NCBI GenBank assembly: GCA_951406725.2
Contig: OX597822.1
Span: forward strand, 9,052,001-9,116,000
DNA: 64,000 bases
DNA from: Octopus vulgaris
Taxonomy: Eukaryota
Reading direction: 5' to 3'
A program made the translations under genes and the position numbers. Shown here piece by piece: positions 54,945-64,000 of the stretch. The notes under the pieces are model-generated. The model saw only the letters and a program-made list of their open reading frames with translations. It was not told the origin of the DNA and did no database searches. Within the stretch, counting starts at the first letter, position 1. Each line of letters opens with the position of its first letter.

Positions 54945-55220
54945 CAGATGCTTTCGGGTTCAGTCCTAGCTGGTGGCACTTCGGGCAAGTGTCATCTACA
55001 GAAACACCATTGTATATCTGTATGTGTGTATGTATCTGTATGTCTTTGTGTTTCTATTTGTCCTCCACCAATGCACTGTAACTTAGGGATTCTGTATTGA
55101 GATCGATAAAACAAGTACCAGGCTTAACAACAAGGCTTAGGATCGATTTCTTTCAACTAAACCCTTTAAGACAGAATTTCAGCATTACTGCCATCTAATG
55201 ATCAACACAAGTAAAAGATT
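54945..55220 (+). mobile_element. Highly decayed SINE family A copy
   Basis: GGGTTCAGTCC...GGCACTTCGGGCAAGTGTC...GATAAAACAAGTACCAGGCTT...CAAGTAAAAGA. Confidence 0.6.
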
Positions 55221-55900
55221 GCGCGCGCACACGCACCCACACACACCCCCAACACACAATCACACCTTTACACCAAGCCTAAAGCATTTGAGTAACAAAA
55301 CACTTATGGAAATAGTTTTCTTTGCCGGAGAGAAACTATTCTAATAATCTTTCCCGGCACCTGTTGCTGCGCAGAATGAATTCCAAGATGATTTAGCAGC
55401 AACTGGTTTGCTTTCTGAATTAAATTGATTTAAATTAACTACATTATCTAAATTATTGTGACAAATCTTTCTAATTTTGGTTCAGAAATATCTTTTGAAA
55501 GAAGCATGTTTTGCTCATCCATCATCCCTTGGTGCTTTTAATTGTTTGCTATGAGTTCTGTGTTCGCTGAACGCCACAAAGAATAATTTCTCACTGTCCT
55601 TATGGAATATTTCAAAAATATTCATAATATCCTTTTTGCCTCATGTTTATTTCAAAACAATTTTTCTCCATTTTTTTTACTCCCTGATCTTAGACATTCT
55701 TCCATCTTTCGTTTGTCGAAGCAATAAATTTTCCAACAACCATAACAACTATTTCTCATAATTTTTTTCTTTAAATTATTGTTTTCAATAATCAATATAT
55801 TTCGTCCCACAAGTGTTGCCTTCTTTTCCATCATATTGAAAAATATAGATTATTGCACAGTTCTGTGATTTATCAATTCAAGTATTTTTCGACTACACCG

Positions 55901-56344
55901 TCTCCTCCTCCTCCTCCTTCTTCTTCTTCTCCTTCTCCTTCTCCTTCTCCTCATCCTACTTCTTATTCTTCTTATTCTTCTTCTTCTTTTTCTTCTTCTT
56001 CTTCTTCTTCTTCTTCTTCTTCTTTTTCTTCTTCTTCTTCTTCTTCTTTTTCTTCTTCTTCTTTTTCTTCTTCTTTCTTTTATTCTTCCTCTTCTTCTTC
56101 TTCTTTTCTCACTCTTCTTCTACTTCTTTAATTTACTTTTTCCTCCTCATTGTGTTCCACATTATTTACTCCTTTTTCTTTTTCTCTTTCTCTTATTCTT
56201 GTTCTTCGTTTCTTCTCCTTCATCTTTTTCTCTCCTCCATCATGTAGCCCTCCGCATTCCGTTCTTCGTCTTCTTCTCCATCATTATCATCGTATTATTA
56301 TCATTAAATGATTATTATCATTATCATCATCATCATCATCATCA

Positions 56345-56379
<35 letters not shown>

Positions 56380-56442
56380 ATTATTATGAATGTTATTATT
56401 ATTAGAATCATTAGTATTATAATAATCACCATCATCATTATC

Positions 56443-56490
<48 letters not shown>
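55901..56490. repeat. Compound trinucleotide low-complexity tract (CTC/TTC/CAT/TAT/TAG)
   Basis: Direct runs. Confidence 0.92.
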
Positions 56491-56491
<1 letters not shown>

Positions 56492-56774
56492 ACAGTCTGT
56501 TTCTTTTTCACTTTTGATATTCTTTTCAATTTTCTTCATAATATTCTCCTTCACTTTTTCCTTCCTTCGGCTTCCATTTTCTTTTTCATCGGTTTTACTT
56601 CCATATACCACAATACGAAATATCATAATTCAAATTTCAAAAAATATATACGAAATAAACACCCGAAATGCTGCAAACATTACTATGGTAACAATGAAAC
56701 GCTACAGTACAAACGAAAACAAATAAAAATGACATATGAAACATCACGTTATTCTCCTGACACATGCATGCGTG

Positions 56775-56816
<42 letters not shown>

Positions 56817-57415
56817 TATACATTTTATAAGTATATATATGCTTATTTATATATAAAGTAGATCTGTGTATATATATATACATATGTATATATGCATATA
56901 TCCACAGATCTACTTTATATACATTCATATATATAAAGATATATAGGTATATATGTACATATACATACATATACACATGTATATGTATATGTATAGTCGT
57001 ATATATGCATACACACATACACATATATATATACACATAATATACATATATGTTTATATGTATTATGAAACGTGTGTGTGTATTTCTTGGTCCCTTTTGT
57101 ATATTAACTTTGGCAATCATTGCTATTTTTCAATTGTATTATCAATGTTCTATATTCTGAAGTCAGTGTGTAATTACATAACTCAATAACCAGAATTAGT
57201 TGCCTCTTTTAAATCTCAATAGTTAAATTGTTTTATCTAAACTGTATTTCAAGCAGAATGTAATGCAATTGAAATATTCTATTGATTTATTTGATATTTC
57301 TGCTTTTATACACACATACTATATGTATATATATATAATTGTATTATATATATGTGTGTGTGTACGTATACTTGGAAATACATGCATACACTCATACATG
57401 CATACATACACACAC

Positions 57416-57448
<33 letters not shown>

Positions 57449-57672
57449 CGTGTGTGTGTGTGTATACGATTATATGTGTGTGTGTGTGTGCATGAATATG
57501 TATGTATTGTTTAATTTTTGTGGTTATCATCCGAAACTCGGTTTTGATTTCCCATCTGAAATCTTATTTAATTTTCTGGAATTTTGGAAACAATTTCACA
57601 AGTTAATGTTATCTTCTGTTTTCAACTGTGTCAATATTCAATGCAACATATTACTACAGATGAAGAAACAAC

Positions 57673-57738
<66 letters not shown>

Positions 57739-57785
57739 TATAATAATAATAATAAAACTAATAATAATAATGATGATGATAATAT
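57673..57785. repeat. (AAT)n microsatellite
   Basis: Direct run. Confidence 0.95.
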
Positions 57786-59124
57786 TAAATAGAAGGAAAA
57801 TAAATCTCAATAGTGCAAACAATTAAATAATAACAACAAAAAGTACTTCTGTAAAATTATTTAGAAGTTTTCTGTAATTAAATATTTAACAAAGTTCTGT
57901 CAACAAAACTTGGGTGCTTGTCCTGATGTTTCTTTAAGATAATCAAACTGTCAATAACACTTAAATTTGATTTCTCTTTCAAACATTATGAAAAGCTTTT
58001 GTGGCTGTGGACCAAGGTCTAAAAATATCTCAGTTCAATCCCAGTTCGTATTTTCGCTTCCATTGTTTTCCAAGTATTTGGAGAGTTTTTTTTTTCTGTA
58101 ATTCTAACATCTGGCACACACGAGTCGAATGAAATTGGTCAATAAATGCAGACTCAGATCTGTGTTTATCTTATTCAAAATTTCTAGGGAAATAAGATAT
58201 TGTCCGTAACCTTTAGTCATCTGATCAAAAGTAATATGCAAATTAAAAATAGAATACAGTTTCATGCTATTACATAAAAAATAGTTAAGTATTCAACAAA
58301 AATTGACGCAATACAGTGATGGAGATCTTATGTGGTGTCATAACCAGCCAGAAATCACTATCAGATCTTTCTCAAATTTCATCCTACTGTCAGAAAAAGG
58401 GAAGGTATATTGATTCGTTCTTGTTGTTGATGGATTATCTGGATAAAAGAAAGGTGTCAAAAATGGCTTTAAACATATCTCTAATAATACAGATTTGAAA
58501 TCAAGCTAAAGAACAATAATAACAATTGACGTGAGCCAGTAGGTTAACTCCTGCTCGATTTACAAGAAAATTAGTTCAAATCTCCTTAAAATGACATCTT
58601 ACTCTGATATAAAATGAAATACGCTGGCGGAAATCTATTTCTGGTAAATGGCATCTCAAATTAAAAAAAAAAAACATATACTCTACAGTTATATCACCTT
58701 TTATCATGGACTAGACAATAATAATAAGAAGAAGTGCAACAACAACAATATTAGTAACATCAATAAGAAAAGCAACAATAAGAGTAACAACAGCGAACAT
58801 CATTTGTGGCCAACTTTGTGGCCACTTCAAATTAACTCCCTTTATAGCTGTAAAACCGCCTTCATACTTCTAAAAACTACTTACAAGGATGTTATTTTAC
58901 GTCAACATCACAGGTCCATAGCTATAACTGAGATTATAAGCCTACAAGAGGACCGCCTCTACAGGGTCGCTCAATATGCTACAAATAGTAATTAACTTTC
59001 CCTCAGGTCTTACTCACCGTTTTAATAAAGTAAGGATGCATAAAATTCATATCATAACTAACAACAGAATAGATACATTCAGCTGGAAAATAGTGGTGTT
59101 ACTTAGCAAACGCTCGCAGAAGAG

Positions 59125-59250
59125 GAGATAATTGAGAATTAACCCATAACTCAATTGAGCGCAAAATATAAGATTTTGGTGAAGCTCCTCGCAAAGAGAT
59201 TGATGCTTATCGGCTATAGTGTGATCAAGATGAGCAAAGATATGTGTAAT
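59125..59250 (+). mobile_element. Decayed L1/Tx1-group RT fragment
   Basis: PITQLSAKYKILVKLLAKRL resembles the RPITLLNxDYKILAKVLAxRL motif. Confidence 0.55.
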
Positions 59251-60261
59251 TCCCACCAAATTATTCGCCTAGAATCTGGATGTTTTCCAGGTTGCCAGTC
59301 GAACAGTGCAACCCATCATATGTCATCTCTTACATTCTATAGAGGTTCCGTGTCGGGTAGTGCTACAGTGCATTCGGAGAGGTTCTCTACATCAATGAAG
59401 AGATGTTTCTGGAAAACCTTTTATACCAAGGACACAACATCCTGATATTACAGATCTATCAACGGCTACAACGGGGAGCTTCAGATTCTGGATAAATTTT
59501 CAAAAATGGCCGACGCCGTTAACTGGAATGCTATGAAGTACAAGCATGACAACGAAACGCTGCTGTTAACACTCGTTCAGCTTCCAAGCAAAACTGGGTC
59601 GAGTAGTTTTTTGTCACATGTACAGCGTATTTAACAATTGGCTAATCAGTACCACACTACTGCTATCCCTTCTCCAGAATGGGCCGGATGTTTTTCCTTC
59701 TGCTTCGTGGTCACGGTTTTCAAAGGTTTCGTAACAAAGGATCACTTTGTCCTTTTTTCAAACTTACTAAACTATCGAACGGTGTTATTTTCAGACGGTG
59801 AATGTTATTTCATAGGAATATAACTAAACCTTAGAGGCACATAATCCTCGTAGAGATTTCTTCTTTCTTGGCTTGTCCCTCTAATTATTAACATCGTTAT
59901 AAACACCACTACGGCTACCACTGAAACCACTATTACAACCATCATTATCATAATCTATAGTAAGACCATAACCAAAACAATCACTACAACCTCACCTCAT
60001 ATACATTATATAAATTTCACTTCGACAACACTAGTGGTAAGTTTTATCGGGTTAAGTCGGCAACGTTTCCCTTGGAAAACACCAGTGGTGTGATGAGAAG
60101 AAACTTGCATGCATGAGCAACTGCCGGTATTCCAAAAAAGAAAAACATGTCCAGAATTGTGCATACAAATGCAGATTGATGGTCAGCCTTGACCATGGAC
60201 GCCTGTAAAAGTTTGAAAATTTAGCAGTCAGATGAAGACCTTTTTTATATTTTATGCTATA

Positions 60262-60631
60262 CTAGCAGTATCGCCCGGCGTTGCTCGGGTTTGTAAGGGA
60301 AATAACTATAAAGCATTTTTAGAGAGTTATAGCCAAAAAATGGAAACAAAATGATGGTAAATTTTTTTTTAGTTAAAAAGGTCGAGTTGCGTCCCCATGA
60401 CAGTCTGTGGTTTGTGTTTCTGATTCTCGACCCCATGTCGAATTTATCGATTTTTTCAGAACTGAGGGAACTTTTCAAAATTTTCGCTGCGTTAGTTTTG
60501 AATTATGACATTGGGCTATGTGTGTGTCAAGTTTCATCAGAATCGGTTGAAAGCCGTGGTCAGTGTGAGGGTACAACCTAACAGACACACAGAAACACAC
60601 ACAGACAAACTGCCGTTTATATAGAGAGAGA
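60262..60631 (-). mobile_element. Non-autonomous Helitron, body type 3
   Basis: A|TCTCTCTCTATATAAACGG...CCCGAGCAACGCCGGGCGATACTGCTAG|T on minus; about 60 bp at the 3' end are nearly identical to type 1. Confidence 0.85.
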
Positions 60632-61417
60632 TTTCATCATTTAAAATGGGCTCGTGTTCCCGCTAAACCCAATGATATTTTATGAGAAACTAATTTGCAG
60701 AACCGCAAAATAGAATCATCTCAGAGTCAGTATCATATGGAATATTGAAAAAAAACTTCAGAATATGAATTGTAATAATTAGAATGCAGACAAATTGTCT
60801 CCATCAAATTTTAAGCAGTAGCAGAAGTAAATGAACGAACGCCTTTATCAAATTTGGTGCGAAGAATATTATAGAAGTTTCATGTGCTACGACACCCTCA
60901 TAGACGAATCTATTTACGCCGATACGCAATAGTACTAAAGTTATCATTCTCTAATATAATAAGAATTCTACTAATCTATTACAGTTGAATAATCGGAGCA
61001 AAATTCTCTACTGAACTATAATTTACACGTATATTCAATCAGTGTGCGTTGCACTTGCAGAAGTATATTGAAGCAATCATGCAAAATGCGGATATGTAGA
61101 GACTAAGGAATGCGTCATTTCTCATACCGACAAGATAGAAATAATGCATGAGGATGCTACCACAAAAGATTGCGAATATGTGACACCAGAGCAGCTGCAC
61201 GCAGAGAGCACATGCATATTATTTCAGCATAGTTATATGAATAACATATCACCACTAAAAGAGCTCGAGCCATGGTACTAGATATGGTAAGAGATCAAAA
61301 TAAACGGGGAAATTTAACCAAATTTTTTCAGGCGAACAATCTTTCCAAATATAAATAGTTAATTTGTTTCTTTCTATGTTTATCCCTCTCGATGTCTCTC
61401 CCTTTGGGTGTCTCACT

Positions 61418-61418
<1 letters not shown>

Positions 61419-61481
<63 letters not shown>
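61419..61481. repeat. (TC)n microsatellite
   Basis: Direct run. Confidence 0.95.
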
Positions 61482-61484
<3 letters not shown>

Positions 61485-61598
61485 GATTATCACAGTAATT
61501 TTCTGGAGGAAAATACTCATTTAATTTTAACACCATGAGGTTTCTGGAACAGAACGTCCTTAATCTCACCTGATATGAAACATGCGCGCACACACGCA

Positions 61599-61646
<48 letters not shown>

Positions 61647-62614
61647 CTTCTATCACTGTTTTATAAAAAGGGTCTAAACCTTCCACATAATTAAGGGGAC
61701 TAATACATTTTCCTCTGACTGTACGATATCAATATTTGTTCCAGAATAAATTATGTAAAACGCAAAAATATTCTAACTCCGGTGAAACTAAATTTCTAGA
61801 AATTTAACTGGATATAAATTAAGAAAGAGACCATCAAACCGAACAGACACGTTATTCCCTTTGTGTATTTTGGAAAGTTAAAGCAGTTTACGTCAACGAA
61901 TCAAGCTATATGCATTAAATATGTCTTACAGAGAAAGCCCAAAGAACAGAAAATAAACGTTCTCCAAAACAAATGCCCATCAAATAAAGAACAAAGGTCT
62001 CAAATCGATTAAATGGACAAATAACCGTAAAGAAAACACATTAAGAATGTCACTCACAGAAATAGAAATAAAATGAAATGTTCCAACTAATAGAAGAGTA
62101 GAGTAACTAAAGCAGTGATGTAGAAAACATAAAAATCAACATGAAATATTTCTAAGGATTTTCAAAATAAACAGCCTCAGTACGTCGTAAAATAATGTCA
62201 TTGCTTGGAGCGACGAAGATCATTTACTACAGACGCGCAAAACATATGTGAAATATCTACGTTATGCATCCTTCTCCTGCCAAAAAGTTAATAATTTAAT
62301 TTAATATGATATAATGTTTAATAGTGTTCTTATCATAACCACCATGTGCCGAAAAGATCCAACATAATCATAACCCACGAATGTTAAAATATTAAGGGCT
62401 GTGACTAAAAGAATAATTAAAGAAATCAAATAAACGCATAAATATATTTAGGTTTCCTCTCACTAAGGAGAGAAAACTATACATATGGAGTCTGAAAAAC
62501 GTTTCACTACCTTCAAATACAAACCTAACCAATCAACTAGGGAAAATTCAACACAGTTTTCATTACACTACCGTTATAGCGGAACTTGTATTCTTCAAAA
62601 CAGTGACTATACAC

Positions 62615-62685
<71 letters not shown>

Positions 62686-62832
62686 AGAAATATTAAAATT
62701 ACTAAGTCTCTCTAAAGGAGATTACGGCAGCGTTACTGGATATTAATAGTTATCGCCATACTAATATGGCAGTCTATAAATAAGACTAAAGCTGTCGCTG
62801 ATTAGCTATATGACACACGAACAATGATCAAA

Positions 62833-62952
62833 CCTTGCTATATTGTCGTGGCGTCCCTTATATTCCTTCTGGGCTAACGGCATACATTGGCTGGTAATAT
62901 GCCATACGGTTTCACCATTTTGTCCGCACTTATCACTTATCACTTTCTGATG

Positions 62953-62953
<1 letters not shown>
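62833..62953 (-). mobile_element. Second fragment of the R4/Dong LINE zinc-knuckle region
   Basis: Aligns with 63574-63694; lies between (ATT)n tracts. Confidence 0.85.
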
Positions 62954-62986
<33 letters not shown>

Positions 62987-63039
62987 GACGATGATGATGA
63001 TGATCATCATCAATATTTTTTTTTATTTGCAATTGCACA

Positions 63040-64000
63040 GCTTCTAATTCTGGATATGTACTACGGTTCCAGCTGTTCACTACCAGTGAACTAAGGTAAC
63101 ATCTCTTATTTTTCGAACACCTTCCGGAGTATTCGAGCGGTTCCAAGCAGTGATCCACCCATATTGCAAGTGCTCCACCCCCATTGCAGCCCCTATTTGT
63201 CTCACGTACTCTTCGAGAGTTTTTCTCACTGTTCCCAAGGCACCGACAATTATTGGCATTGCTGTTACCTTTTTCATCGACCACATCTGCTTAACTTCCC
63301 AAGCTAACCTGTCATATCTCTCGACTTTTCTTTCTTCCTTAAGGCATACCTTGTTGTCAACTAGGCATGCTATATCTATGAACCAGCATAGTTTATTTTC
63401 TTTCTCAATTAAGACTATATCTGGCTTCCTATTCTCTATCTCATGGTGGCACTGAATCATAAAATCTCATAGGACCATTGCATTTCTATTTTCGACGATG
63501 CCTTCAGGACTGTGGTCGTACCAATTTTTATTCTGTCAAGTCCATACTTCTTTCAAAGTGTCCAATGAACAAGCCTTGTTATATTGTAGTAGCGTCCCTT
63601 ATATTCCTTCTGGGTTAGTGGCGTACATTGGCTGGTAATATGCCATACAGTTTCACCCTTTTGTCCACACTTATCACTTATCACTTTCTGATGTGTTGTC
63701 TATTGTGTATTTTATGTAGTTTGTTCTTAGTGCTTGCTCTTGGACAGCACAGATTAGAGCCTCCGTTTCCGATTTTAAATCAATTTTTCTCATCCACAGC
63801 CACTTTTTTCTCCGTTTGTCTTATTTTTAACATCCCTATGAAATTGTCCATGCATTCTTTTCTTTACCCACCTATTTTCAGTTTCATTCGTTTTCAATTT
63901 CTTGTATGGTGCTTTATCTTTGCAATCTTTCATCCTACCCATAGCCTGACCTTCTTACTTCTAATAATATCGGTTCTGTGGCATTTTTTACATGGAGATT
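63040..64000 (-). mobile_element. Decayed R4/Dong-clade non-LTR retrotransposon 3' region (CCHC knuckle plus restriction-like endonuclease)
   Basis: HGQF, ETEALICAVQEQALRTNY, CGQKGETVWHITSQC, RKPDIVLIEK...FIDIAC...KEERKVERY and PIIVGALG; runs off the window end. Confidence 0.9.

Overview
This is AT-rich, microsatellite-dense eukaryotic DNA. The SINE and repeat content suggests an Octopus (coleoid cephalopod) intergenic or intronic region; the species assignment is inference. I can support no intact host gene, and nearly all listed ORFs are microsatellite or SINE artefacts. The window is a mosaic of mobile-element relics: three tRNA-headed SINE families (labelled A, B, C here), four non-autonomous Helitrons with shared ends, decayed mariner, maT/DD37D and Tigger-like DNA transposons, fold-back/MITE-like inverted repeats, and LINE fragments (RTE, CR1-like, Tx1/L1-like, R4/Dong). 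The strongest leads are: (i) SINE-B head-to-tail arrays with a nucleotide-exact recurring junction, (ii) four minimal hammerhead-ribozyme-like motifs, probably Penelope-like relics, (iii) a TA-embedded fragment encoding three tandem C2H2 fingers next to a GC-rich RTE 3' end, and (iv) a near-perfect 60-bp hairpin. All alignments, identities and GC values were estimated by eye; no database search was run.
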